In this document: positions 1 to 8,982 of the stretch, piece after piece
Position numbering within the stretch: the first letter of the stretch is position 1
Layout: every line of letters starts with the position of its first letter
Assembly (NCBI GenBank): GCA_963825515.1
Contig: CAWGTI010000005.1
Location: 6,396-70,395 of the forward strand
DNA from: an uncultured Solirubrobacterales bacterium
GTDB taxonomy: Bacteria; Actinomycetota; Thermoleophilia; Solirubrobacterales; Solirubrobacteraceae
DNA: 64,000 nucleotides
Direction: 5' to 3'
Notes under the pieces: model-generated
The model's input: the letters and a program-made list of their open reading frames with translations, nothing else
What the model was told of the DNA's origin: nothing
The model's database searches: none
Translations under genes and position numbers: made by a program

Positions 1-1200
1 ATGTTGGCGGTTCGCCACAGCTCCACCCCTCGCTCTTGGCATGACGGCGTCCACATCAATTCCGCGGAGAAGGTTGCCCTCTGGACCGTCGCACGCTTGA
101 AATCGGCTGTGTCGAACTCCCAGCACAAGCGCTGCAGGTAGGCGCCGTCATAGCCTGCACCCTGCCCGATGGACGTCGTCCATTTGTAGTAGGAGCTCGA
201 CGGCGACTGCTTGCGAACCATCGCCCACTCAGTCGTCAACGGTGCCGTCATCGGATCATGTAGACCGGATACTTCACGTTCTTGGCTCGCAGAATTCGGA
301 GGTCCGGCCGAAGGACTACTTCGTCGTTCGACATTTTGGTTCGCACAGTCGCCGAGGCATCGCCCGCGGCGGCACCCTGCGAACGACGAGCGATCACTTC
401 CTGCGCGTCACGTACAACTTTCTGACCCTCATCGCGCACGACCCCCCGCGAATCCCACATGGTCGGCTGCGAAGCCGAGCCACCTCCCGGCCGTGGGTGT
501 CAACCACTGACAGGCCGCCAGTCGCGGAGGCTTGAACTGCGCCATTCTTAGCGGTCGTTTTCAAACGGAGTTCGCCGAGGTCATGGTTCTCTGCAGCGGC
601 TCGGTTCTTGACAATCAAAACTTGTGTGGTGCCAGCGTCCGTGACCGTCATGCGCAAGTCGACACCAGGGAGTACCTCGGCGTACGTCGCGGCTGGACCC
701 TCAATTGAAGGCCTAGGAAGCTTCGTGGGCCAGCGCGTCGAGACTCGCACACCATCAAACGTCAACGCCAGCAGCGGCTCAGTGCCCCCACCAGAGAGCA
801 CCTCACGATTTGGCGAAGCCTTCGGCCCAATGGAGCCGTCCGAGTGACGCTCGAGGGTCAAGTCAAATCGTTTCCACTTCTTGCCGACCTTCGCACGGAT
901 CGCAACCGAGGACATGTCCTTCCGAAACGTGCCGTCCGGGTTTGCCCACGTGGTGCTCGTTGTCGTGCGGTTGCCCTTGATCTCGACAGGTTCGCCTGTG
1001 CGCTTGGCCTCCTGCTGCTCAGGAAGACCATCAAGTGCCAACCCGGAAGGCGCGAAAATCACCAACGCGACAGCCGCCAGTGTGCAAAGCGCGAGGGCGG
1101 CAAGACCCCACCGCAGTCCTGTACGACGTGTCTTCACCGCACGTGAACCTGCCACGACCATGCCCCTTGAGTCCCCGGCCGGCCGAAGCGGTATCGCCAC
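1..1200 (-). pseudogene. Secreted RHS/wall-associated-type protein, N-terminal region, interrupted by at least two frame switches. It continues beyond the window start.
   Basis: One protein is spread over three minus-strand frames. 1200..~460: signal/TM LAALALCTLAAVALVIF, then GEPVEIKGNRTTTSTTWANPDGTF. ~460..~255: MWDSRGVVRDEGQK...NVKYPVY. ~255..1: IDPMTAPLTTEWAMVRKQSPSSSYYKW...CWEFDT...VELWRTANI. The region looks lower in GC than its neighbours. Confidence 0.55.
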
Positions 1201-1454
1201 TCATCGCTGGGCCGAAATCGGAAAAAACAAGTCGCACTCACCGTTTCGGCTCGCTGAGGCAGCCATATCCTCGCACGGGGTAAGACACGCTGTCCCCGAA
1301 AACTGAGAAAAGACTTAACACCCTTGTGTGACGCTGCCCACGATCCGCGGTTTACGAGCCGCGACGAATTTGCTGCCATCGCAGCGTGTCGATTCTCATC
1401 ACGAATAGCGGTGCCGCCAAGGTTGTCGCGTGCTCAGGTTTGGATCGCCGGGAT

Positions 1455-2243
1455 TCAGCCGCGGGGCGGCAGCGGGAAGAAGCCCGAGGTGCGTTGCATG
1501 TACGCCCGATAGCCGGGGCGTTCGGCCATGTGCCGCTCGAGCACGCGCTTGCCCGAGCCGAAGGCCAGGAGATAGACCATCAGCGCCGTCGAGACGATCG
1601 TCAGGACACCGGGCCAGTGCTCGGCCGCGATGAGGAAGATGCCAACCCAGACGCAGGCGTCGCCGAAGTAGTTGGGGTGCCGCGTGTAGCGCCACAACCC
1701 CGTGTCCATCACGGGCCCGCGATCGGGATCGGCCTTGTACGCGGCGAGCTGACGGTCGCCGATCGACTCGAAGGCGATGCCGACGAGCCAACGAGGAGGC
1801 CGACGTACGCCAGCACGCCCATCGGCGCGTCGATCAGCGATCCGACGACGACCGGCATCGCGACGATGAAGGCGATGACGCCCTGCAGTCCGTAGACCAT
1901 CAGGACGGTCGCCGCCTCGCCGCGACCCTCGAGCATCTTGGCGTAGCGCGGGTCCTCGCCCTTGCCCCGGCTGCGCACCGCCATGTGCAGCGCCAGCCGC
2001 AGGCCCCAGACGAGCGTGATGACGAGCAGCACCCAGCGGCGCCGGTCGTCCCCGTGTCCGGCCGAGCCGATGAAGCTGGCCACCGCGACGCAGCAGAACA
2101 GCAGAGCCCCAGGTCACGTCGATGACGTTGTGGCGGTGCACCAGCTTGGCGACGACGTACGTGATGACCAGCGCCACCACGATCGCCGACGCGGCTCCGA
2201 GGAGGACGTCGCGGAAGGCGTCGCCGGAGATGTCGGTGCTCAT
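1455..2243 (-). pseudogene. DUF1295 (steroid 5-alpha-reductase/ICMT-like) membrane protein with internal frame switches
   Basis: The N-terminus (MSTDISGDAF...NVIDVTWG) and C-terminus (VGIAFESIGDRQLAAYKADPDRGPVMDTGLWRYTRHPNYFGDA) are in the frame of ORF 1455..2363. The middle (FCCVAVASFIGSAGHGDD...LVWGLRLALHM...VLAYVGLLV) is in the frame of ORF 1709..2083. Switches lie near 2095 and 1790. The ATG at 2243 overlaps the upstream stop (ATGA). Confidence 0.6.
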
Positions 2244-2974
2244 CGGATGCTCCTGGCCGGCTCGTCGGGTTGGTGAACGGGTCGCGGGGTCGGCCGCAGG
2301 CCCTTGAGGAACAGCCGGATGCCGTGCACCCGGATCATGAGGCTCACGGTCCGCGTCGCCCACGGCGTCCGCAGCGCGGAGGCCAGGCTCGCGCTGTCAC
2401 GCCGGGTGCCGCGCATCGTCGCGACGAACGGGTCGCGACCGGCCGGTGCAACGTCACGGTGACGGAAGCTCGCGGCCCGGCTCCGGCACGCTGATCTCGT
2501 AGTGACCGTCGACGCCATGGAACGGCGACACGTAGAACGTCTTGTCGACCGTCGCCTTGCTGTTGTCGGCGGTCTCGAGCAGATAGCAGCGTCGGCCCCC
2601 GTACGTGTTGCGCACCTCGGCCACGACATGGGTGAGCGTCCCGTCCGCGTCGTGGCAGTAGAACAGGCTGAGCGGGTTGAACACGTGGCCCAGCACGCGC
2701 GGGCTGGCGAGCATACGGACGCTCGACCGGGCCGGTCGACGTCCCGCTCGCGGAGCCAGTCGTCGATGTTCTCGCGCAGCGTCCGTGACTCGTCGCCGAG
2801 GTGGTCGCCGGCGTGGAAGGAGCACAAACTGCGCAGGCCGCGAGGCATCTGCGGCACGTCGTCGAGGTCGACCAGCCAGGTCCGGCCGCGGTTCGTGAAG
2901 GCGTACGACACCTCGTCGCGACGGTGATGCCCGATCGTGACGTCATAGCTCGCGAGCGCCTCGCCCCCGCTCAC
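2240..2974 (-). pseudogene. DUF1365 family protein with internal frame switches
   Basis: YDVTIGHHRRDEVSYAFTNRGRTWLVDLDD is in the ORF 2240..2974 frame. RMLASPRVLGHVFNPLSLFYCHD...AEVRNTYGGRRCYLL...FYVSPFHGVDGHYEI is in the ORF 2454..2825 frame. The sequence then returns to the first frame (DPFVATMRGT...IRVHGIRLFLKGL). Switches lie near 2725 and 2470. Confidence 0.6.
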
Positions 2975-3295
2975 CAGTCAGCTCCCAGGCTCGCTGCGGC
3001 GGCGACGCCCGCGCGGCAGCCGTCCTCGTGAAAGCCCCAGCCGTGGTACGCCCCGGCGAATGCGACGACCCCATCGTTGAGGGCCGGCAGCGCGGTGTCG
3101 CGTTGCGACCGACTCCGGCGCGAACACGGGGTGTTCGTAGACCATCTGGGCGATCATCTGGCCGGCGTCCACCGACTCGTCCCCGTTGAGCGCTCGAGGA
3201 CGTCCTCGAGCTCGCGGCCCGTCACGTCGGCCTGGTAGAGGGCGAAGACGGCGGAGCGGCGCTGGTCGGTTCGGCGGGACACGCGGCGGCGTGCG
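2971..3295 (-). pseudogene. C-terminal relic of an FAD-dependent (amine-oxidase-like) oxidoreductase, 5'-truncated and frameshifted
   Basis: DAGQMIAQMVYEHPVFAPES (frame of ORF 2978..3172) is followed by a frame switch near 3105. After it comes ALPALNDGVVAFAGAYHGWGFHEDGCRAGVAAAASLGADW and a stop overlapping the DUF1365 GTG (GTGA). Only about 100 codons remain before the efp stop at 3299. Confidence 0.5.
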
Positions 3296-3298
3296 CGC

Positions 3299-3859
3299 TC
3301 AGGCGCGCGACATGTACTCGCCGGAGGAGGTCTGCACCTTCACGCGGTCGCCGACGTTGACGAACAGCGGCACGCGGACGACGGCGCCGGTCTCCAGCGT
3401 GGCGGGCTTCTCCCCGCCGCCCGAGGCGGTGTCCCCGCGCAGGCCGGGGTCGGTCTGGGTCACCTCGAGCTCCACCGAGGACGGCAGCTGCAGGTCGCCC
3501 GGGCGGTCGTCGATGAACAGCAGGTCGACCTCGTCGTTGGGCTTGGTCCAGCGCAGGGCGTCCTGCACCGAGTCCGCCGGCACCGCGAGCTGCTCGTAGG
3601 ACTCCGTGTCCATGAAGTGCGCCTCGGTGCCGTCGGAGTACAGGAACTGCATCTTGCGCGCCTCGGTGCGCACGGAGCGGAACTTCTCGCCCGCGCGGAA
3701 CGTCTTGTCGATCACGTTGCCGTCGCTGGCGCGGCGCAGCTTCGTGCGCACGAACGCCCCGCCCTTGCCCGGCTTGACGTGCTGGAACTCGACGATCTTG
3801 AAGACGGTCCCGTCGACGTCGATGTGGTTGCCGTTCTTGAACTGGTTGGTGGAGATCAC
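3299..3859 (-). CDS. efp: Elongation factor P
   Basis: ORF 3299..4060 trimmed to the in-frame GTG at 3859. [17 protein letters not shown]...[15 protein letters not shown]...[17 protein letters not shown] is canonical EF-P, including the KPGKG loop. Confidence 0.95.
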   Translation of the reverse strand: MISTNQFKNGNHIDVDGTVFKIVEFQHVKPGKGGAFVRTKLRRASDGNVIDKTFRAGEKFRSVRTEARKMQFLYSDGTEAHFMDTESYEQLAVPADSVQDALRWTKPNDEVDLLFIDDRPGDLQLPSSVELEVTQTDPGLRGDTASGGGEKPATLETGAVVRVPLFVNVGDRVKVQTSSGEYMSRA

Positions 3860-3896
3860 TGCGCTAGAGGGTAGTGCGCAGGGGGATACTCGGCCC

Positions 3897-4703
3897 ATGA
3901 GCGAGGCGACCGTCATCCCGGCCGGCGGCGGCGAGGTCGTGGGCGACGCGGCGGACCGGCGGGTGGAGATCCTGTCCGACCACGACACCCTGCACGCAAC
4001 GTGGTCGCGGTTCGCGGCCGGACGCGACGGCGCCGACCTCCACGTGCACCACCGCCACACCGACCTGTTCTACGTGCTCGAGGGCGAGCTGACCCTGAGA
4101 CTGGGCGTGGAGGACGAGCACGTCGTGGTGCCGGCCGGGACGCTCGCGCGCATGCCGCCGCTCGTCGTGCACGGCTTCCGCAACGGTGGCGACGCCGAGG
4201 TCCGCTACCTCAACCTCCACGCGCCCGGGCAGGACTTCGCGCAGTTCCTGCGCGCGCTGCGCGACGGGCGTCCCTTCTCCTACGACCAGGAGCCCCCGCC
4301 GGCCGACGGCGGGCGACCGGCGAGCGACGCGGCGGTCGGCGGCCACGAGGTGCTCGTCGACCGGCCGGGCCTGCGCGTCGCGCTGCTGGCGGACGTCGAG
4401 GAGATCGGGATCGCCGAGATGTGGTGCGACCCCGGCCTACCGCCCGCCCCGCCCCGTGTGCATCGCCGCCAGGTCGCGTCGTTCTACGTGCTCGAGGGTG
4501 AGATCGCGCTCACCGCCGGCCACCACGAGCTGCGCGCCGAGGCCGGGGCGTGGGTCCGGGTGCCGCCGGGCGTCGCGCACACGGTCTCGTTCCCCGGCGC
4601 CGCGCGGGCGCGCCTGCTGAGCCTGCACACGCCGAGCTGCGGCTTCGGTGCCGTCCTGCGCGCGCAGGCCGACGGGGAGGACCAGCGTGGTGCTGTTTCG
4701 TAG
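3897..4703 (+). CDS. Bicupin (two cupin domains) protein
   Basis: ATG at 3897 within ORF 3606..4703. Two cupin cores are present: [19 protein letters not shown]...VVHGFRN and [19 protein letters not shown]...VPPGVAHTV. Confidence 0.8.
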   Translation: MSEATVIPAGGGEVVGDAADRRVEILSDHDTLHATWSRFAAGRDGADLHVHHRHTDLFYVLEGELTLRLGVEDEHVVVPAGTLARMPPLVVHGFRNGGDAEVRYLNLHAPGQDFAQFLRALRDGRPFSYDQEPPPADGGRPASDAAVGGHEVLVDRPGLRVALLADVEEIGIAEMWCDPGLPPAPPRVHRRQVASFYVLEGEIALTAGHHELRAEAGAWVRVPPGVAHTVSFPGAARARLLSLHTPSCGFGAVLRAQADGEDQRGAVS

Positions 4704-5430
4704 GAAGGGCCGCGAGCCGCGGCGCGCGCTGTGCCTCGGCGCGCTGTTCATGCGCGGCGGACTCGAGCACGTCGTCCGCGGCGGCGACGGCGCGCCCGGC
4801 GGCGCCCCGTCCCAGGAGCGAGTCCTCGCGGACCTGCTCGCGTGGCTCGAGCACACCGGCCTGCGCAAGGACCAGTCGCCCGAGGAGCGCCGGCTGTGCG
4901 CGCAACCACTGGGGTCGTGGACGGACCAGGACGTCCTCGACGCCGCGTGGCGAGCCGAGAGCCTGGGCGTCCTGCACTGGGCGCTGGGCCACGTGGACTC
5001 GCTGCCGGCCTGGGACGAGGCGTTCGCTCCCGCCGAGGTCATCCCGCCGCTGAGGCTGCTCGGCGATCCCGGCGACTACGTCGCCGGAGCCAGGCAGCGC
5101 CCCCCCGACGAGCTCGGGCGCATGCGCGACCTCGCCGAGCTCTGGCACTGGCGTGCCCGGACGACGCAGCTCCTCCACGCCGGGGACGTGACGCCGCCCG
5201 ACGGCTGGACGTTCGAGCAGATCATCGCCGTGTCAGCGGGCCGCTCCCACGAGGAGGGCGACATCCTCGAGCCGATCGACGGCGACTTCCCGGTCCTGGG
5301 CAAGAGCTATGCCGCGCTCGACGAGGACGAGCTCGCCGTCGTCACCTCGATCGCGATGGAACGCCACCTCGCCCTCAACTGGCTCTGCGGCCACCACAAG
5401 AACTGGGACGAGACGCCCACCGACACGTAG
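4687..5430 (+). CDS. Hypothetical protein (DUF4272-like by recollection)
   Basis: ORF 4648..5430 has high GC3. The start is uncertain; GTG 4687 was chosen. Sequence includes LHWALGHVDSLPAWDE...ERHLALNWLCGHHKNWDETPTDT. Confidence 0.65.
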   Translation: MVLFRRKGREPRRALCLGALFMRGGLEHVVRGGDGAPGGAPSQERVLADLLAWLEHTGLRKDQSPEERRLCAQPLGSWTDQDVLDAAWRAESLGVLHWALGHVDSLPAWDEAFAPAEVIPPLRLLGDPGDYVAGARQRPPDELGRMRDLAELWHWRARTTQLLHAGDVTPPDGWTFEQIIAVSAGRSHEEGDILEPIDGDFPVLGKSYAALDEDELAVVTSIAMERHLALNWLCGHHKNWDETPTDT

Positions 5431-5431
5431 C

Positions 5432-5968
5432 TCAGTCCTCGACGTCCGGCAGCTCCTCCACCAGCAGGTCCATCAGCAGGCCGTCGTGCCAGACCCCCTC
5501 CGGGTCGCGCTCGTAGGAGCGCAGGATCCCGACCGGGCGGTAGCCGACCGCGGTGTAGGCGCGGATGGCCCGCTCGTTGCTCGCCCGAGGGTCGATCGTG
5601 AAGCGGTGGTGTCCGCGCTCGACGAAGTGGTCGATGGCCAGGCGCAGCACCGCGCGGCCGTGGCCCTGGCCGTGCAGCGCGGTGATCAGCGAGATGTCCA
5701 GGCCGACGTGGCGGTACATCGGATCGGTCTCCTCGGTGTACTCGATCCAGCCGGCGAAGGCCGCGTCGACGAGGACGATCCAGCCCTCGCCGCGCTCGAT
5801 GAGCTCGTTGACGTCCGAGAGGTCGTTGACCCCCCACCACCGCGCCACCTCGGGCTCGTTGAGCAGCGTCAGCAGCGCCGCCGCGTCCCACTCCTCCGCC
5901 GCCCGCAGCACGATGCCGCCGCGGCGCAGCGTGGGTGGCCGCTCCGGGGGGGTGGCGGACGCGTCCAC
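5432..5968 (-). CDS. GNAT family N-acetyltransferase
   Basis: 178-aa ORF. It carries the GNAT core LHGQGHGRAVLRLAIDHFVERGHHRFTIDPRASNERAIRAYTAVGYRPVG. Confidence 0.85.
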   Translation of the reverse strand: MDASATPPERPPTLRRGGIVLRAAEEWDAAALLTLLNEPEVARWWGVNDLSDVNELIERGEGWIVLVDAAFAGWIEYTEETDPMYRHVGLDISLITALHGQGHGRAVLRLAIDHFVERGHHRFTIDPRASNERAIRAYTAVGYRPVGILRSYERDPEGVWHDGLLMDLLVEELPDVED

Positions 5969-5971
5969 CGG

Positions 5972-7132
5972 TCAGCCCGCAAGCGCGCGGCGCACGCGCT
6001 CGCCCAGCGTGGCCAGCCGCTCCACGGGCTCGTTGGAGAAGACGAAGCGCAGGTGGCGGTCGGCCACCGGGCCGCCCCAGCCGATCATCGGCGTGGCCGC
6101 CACCCCGTGGGAGAGCAGGCGCCGTGACAGCTCGCCGGGATCGACGCCCAGCGCGTGCGTGTCCATGACCAGCGACCAGCCGCCGTCCGGGCGCACCGCC
6201 GGCAGGCCGTCGAGCTGCTCGAGCGTCGCGTCGCGGCGCGACTGCCACTCGCGCACGCACGAGCGCAGGTCGTCGGGCGGCGCGCGCAGCGCCGCGACGG
6301 CACCCGCCATCCCGATCCCGCCGGGCGTCAGGCCGTTGTAGATGTGCACGAGGCCCAGGTCGGGCGCCACCCGCGGCGGCCCCACGAGCCAGCCCACGCG
6401 CCAGCCGATCATGCGCCACTCCGCCGAGATCGTGCCGATGGTGATCGTGCGCTCCGCCATCCCGTCCAGGCCCGCCGGTTGGACGATCGCGGCGCCGTCG
6501 TAGACCACCCCCTCGAAGAACGACCAGTACAGCAGCCAGAGGTCGTGCTCCCTGCAGAGCTCGGCGACGGCACGCCATTCGTGGTCGTTCAGGCGCGCGC
6601 CGGTCGGAAAGGAGGGGTTCATGAGGAACACGGCACGCGTGCCCGGCGTCACGGCAGCGCGCAGCGCCTCCACGTCCAGCCGCCAGGCGCCGTCGCGGAC
6701 GCCCAGGGGCACGGTGCGGGGGACGGCGCCGACGAGGCGGACGCGGTTGATCATCCCCGCGTACGTCGGGTCGGTGACGATGACCTCGTCGCCGGCGTCC
6801 ACCGTGGCCAGCAGCGCGTCGGTCATCCCGTCGCCGTCGCTGCACGTGATGACCACCTGCGTCGCGGGGTCGTAGGCCACGCCGCTGCGGCGCTGGACGT
6901 GCCCCGCGACCGCGGCCTTCAGGTCGTCGCGGCCCGTGAACGGCAGGTAGGAGTTGTACTCGTCGACCCCCACGGCGGCGCGCGTGGCCTCGACCACGCC
7001 GGGCGGGGGCGGCAGGTCGGTGTCCAGGTTCTCCAGCCGCAGGATCTCGGGATCGCTCCCGGCGGCGGCGGCCACCTGGTCGATCCCGAAGCCGGGGATC
7101 TCCGCGAGGCGCTGCGGACGCGCGGGCACCAT
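5972..7132 (-). CDS. Class I/II aminotransferase-fold protein lacking the PLP-lysine (probable pseudoenzyme)
   Basis: 386 aa with a fold-type I layout: VTDPTYAGM, FLMNPSFPTG, GWRVGWLVGP, LRFVFS. See the finding for the missing catalytic residues. Confidence 0.85.
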   Translation of the reverse strand: MVPARPQRLAEIPGFGIDQVAAAAGSDPEILRLENLDTDLPPPPGVVEATRAAVGVDEYNSYLPFTGRDDLKAAVAGHVQRRSGVAYDPATQVVITCSDGDGMTDALLATVDAGDEVIVTDPTYAGMINRVRLVGAVPRTVPLGVRDGAWRLDVEALRAAVTPGTRAVFLMNPSFPTGARLNDHEWRAVAELCREHDLWLLYWSFFEGVVYDGAAIVQPAGLDGMAERTITIGTISAEWRMIGWRVGWLVGPPRVAPDLGLVHIYNGLTPGGIGMAGAVAALRAPPDDLRSCVREWQSRRDATLEQLDGLPAVRPDGGWSLVMDTHALGVDPGELSRRLLSHGVAATPMIGWGGPVADRHLRFVFSNEPVERLATLGERVRRALAG

Positions 7133-7177
7133 CGCCTCGACCCTACCGGCTGCTGCGGCCCGCCCGGCCGCGCGCGC

Positions 7178-7798
7178 TCAGGACCGCGGCGCGGGACCGG
7201 AGCGGTAGCGCGCGGCCGTGTTCAGGACCCGATCCACGTAGGCGTCGGAGTCGTTGTAGGCCCGCAGCGCCCGGTGCCAGTCGCGCGGCGCGCCCGAGGC
7301 GTGCAGGTAGCGGGCCATGGCCGGGATCGCGTCCGCGGGGTCATAGACGTCGGCGCGGCCGTCCGCGTTGGCGTCCAGGCCGAACCGTCGCCACGTGGTG
7401 GAGACGAACTGCGCCGGTCCGGCCGCGCCCGCCGCGTTGCGCCCCGAGCTCACCCCCGGCAGGAGGGCGCGGCCGTGGTCGCTCTCCGTCTCGCCGATGG
7501 CGGCCACGATGGCCCAGTCGAGCCCGTAGCGCTCGGCGGCGTCGCGATACAGGCGCAGGTAGCGATCGGGGACGAAGGCATGACCGACCGACGCGGCGGG
7601 CACCGAGGCGGCGGCGACGTCACCCGAGGCGCCGGGCCCCGGCCCGAGCACGAGCGCGATGCAGGTGGCCCCCGCGCCGGTCACGCCCAGGACGATGCCC
7701 TCGGGCAGGCGGCCCAGGAAGTACGCTCGGCAGCCGGCCCCGGCCATGACGGCGCCAAGGGTCAGCGCGCCGAGATACAGGGAGTCCTGAGCGCTCAT
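7178..7798 (-). CDS. Membrane-anchored lytic transglycosylase (SLT-like domain)
   Basis: ORF 7178..7840; the ATG at 7798 (MSAQDSLYLGALTLGAV TM segment) is preferred. Motifs: IVAAIGETESDHG ... AAGPAQFVSTTW ... DAIPAMARYL. Confidence 0.8.
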   Translation of the reverse strand: MSAQDSLYLGALTLGAVMAGAGCRAYFLGRLPEGIVLGVTGAGATCIALVLGPGPGASGDVAAASVPAASVGHAFVPDRYLRLYRDAAERYGLDWAIVAAIGETESDHGRALLPGVSSGRNAAGAAGPAQFVSTTWRRFGLDANADGRADVYDPADAIPAMARYLHASGAPRDWHRALRAYNDSDAYVDRVLNTAARYRSGPAPRS

Positions 7799-7989
7799 CC
7801 CCAGGGATCCCAGCCCCCGCCTGGATCCGCCCGCGTCCACATCTCAGCCCCGCAGGGTAGCTCAGTTCGACGAGAGTGCAGGTATCCGGTGTGCCTCAGA
7901 TGCAGGGGTTTTCATAACTCCGCACCTCCGCCCGGTCCGCCTCGGGTGCCCGCCGGAGCGATCCGCCGCCCCTCGCCGGCGGGGAACCC

Positions 7990-8031
7990 TTGACCTGGAC
8001 AACAACGTCGTTGACCATGACAACGATCGCC
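7990..8031 (+). promoter_or_regulatory. Two 21-bp direct repeats, each starting TTGACC, with an embedded 11-bp palindrome. Candidate promoter/operator of the MarR-GNAT gene.
   Basis: ttgacctggacaacaacgtcg / ttgaccatgacaacgatcgcc lie immediately 5' of the ATG at 8033. The palindrome caacgTcgttg is at 8003..8013. Confidence 0.3.
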
Positions 8032-8032
8032 T

Positions 8033-8965
8033 ATGCCGAGCACCGCAGCCTCAGACCGAGTCGACGCGGTCCGCGCCTTCAACCGCTTCTACACGAACCG
8101 GATCGGCGCGCTGCGCGGCGGGCTGCTGGGCACCCGCCATCCGCTTCCCGAGGCCCGCGTGCTGTTCGAGCTGCGCGGCGGCGACGCCATGGAGGTCGCG
8201 GACCTGCGCCGGGCGCTGGACATCGACGCCGGCCACCTCAGCCGCCTGCTGAGCCGGCTGGGCCGCGAGGGACTGGTCGCCCGCGAGCCGTCGCCCGGCG
8301 ACGCCCGCCGCCTGCGCGTCCGCCTCACCGACCGGGGGAGGCGGTCCTTCGCCGTGCTCGACGCACGCTCGGCCGCCGAGACCCGCGCACTGCTCGACGC
8401 GCTCGACGACGAGGACCAGCGGCGCCTGGTCGAGGCGCTGGACACGGTGCGAGACGTGCTCGAGGGACCCCGCCCCGCGGCGCCGCGCGCGGTCGCCCTG
8501 CGCGCCCCGCGTCCCGGAGAGCACGGCTGGATCGTGGAGCGCCACGGGGCGCTCTACGCGCGGGAGTACGGATGGGACGCGCGCTTCGAGGCGCTCGTGG
8601 CGCGGATCGTGGCCGACCACGCCGAGCACCACGACCCCGCGCGCGAGGCGGCCTGGATCGCCGAGGTCGACGGTCGCGCGGCGGGGTGCGTGCTCTGCGT
8701 GCGCAAGGACGCCGCCGTCGCCCAGCTGCGCCTGCTGCTCGTGGAGCCCTCGGCGCGGGGCCTGGGCGTCGGCGGTCGGCTCGTGGACGAGTGCCTGCGC
8801 TTCGCGCGCGCCGCGGGCTACGCCGAGATCATGCTGTGGACCAACGACGCCCTGACCGCCGCGCGCCGCATCTACGAGCGCGCCGGCTTCGCGCTCGTCG
8901 AGTCCGAGCGCCACGCGAGCTTCGGCCCCGAGCTCGTCGGCCAGAGCTGGGCGCGGACGCTCTGA
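8033..8965 (+). CDS. MarR-type HTH regulator fused to a GNAT acetyltransferase domain
   Basis: N-terminal wHTH: FNRFYTNRIGAL...LPEARVLFEL...VADLRRALDIDAGHLSRLLSRL. C-terminal GNAT: LLLVEPSARGLGVGGRLVDECLRFARAAGYAEIMLWT...IYERAGF. Confidence 0.9.
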   Translation: MPSTAASDRVDAVRAFNRFYTNRIGALRGGLLGTRHPLPEARVLFELRGGDAMEVADLRRALDIDAGHLSRLLSRLGREGLVAREPSPGDARRLRVRLTDRGRRSFAVLDARSAAETRALLDALDDEDQRRLVEALDTVRDVLEGPRPAAPRAVALRAPRPGEHGWIVERHGALYAREYGWDARFEALVARIVADHAEHHDPAREAAWIAEVDGRAAGCVLCVRKDAAVAQLRLLLVEPSARGLGVGGRLVDECLRFARAAGYAEIMLWTNDALTAARRIYERAGFALVESERHASFGPELVGQSWARTL

Positions 8966-8982
8966 TCAGCTCCCTCCGACGT

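Noticed and set aside
7851-7925. A tRNA-like string, GGTAGCTCAGTTCGACGAGAG... with a possible T-arm GGGGT-TTTCATA-ACTCC, upstream of the SLT gene.
   Set aside because: No acceptor stem pairing and no foldable anticodon arm, so only the D-arm-like segment resembles a tRNA. It should still be run through tRNAscan-SE.
7799-8000. A possible c-di-AMP (ydaO-type) riboswitch in the leader of the lytic transglycosylase gene, as seen upstream of cell-wall hydrolase genes in other actinobacteria.
   Set aside because: I could not find the conserved ydaO core elements as I recall them (GGGGUGAAUC / CCGAAUCC-type segments) on the minus strand. This needs cmscan to be definitive.
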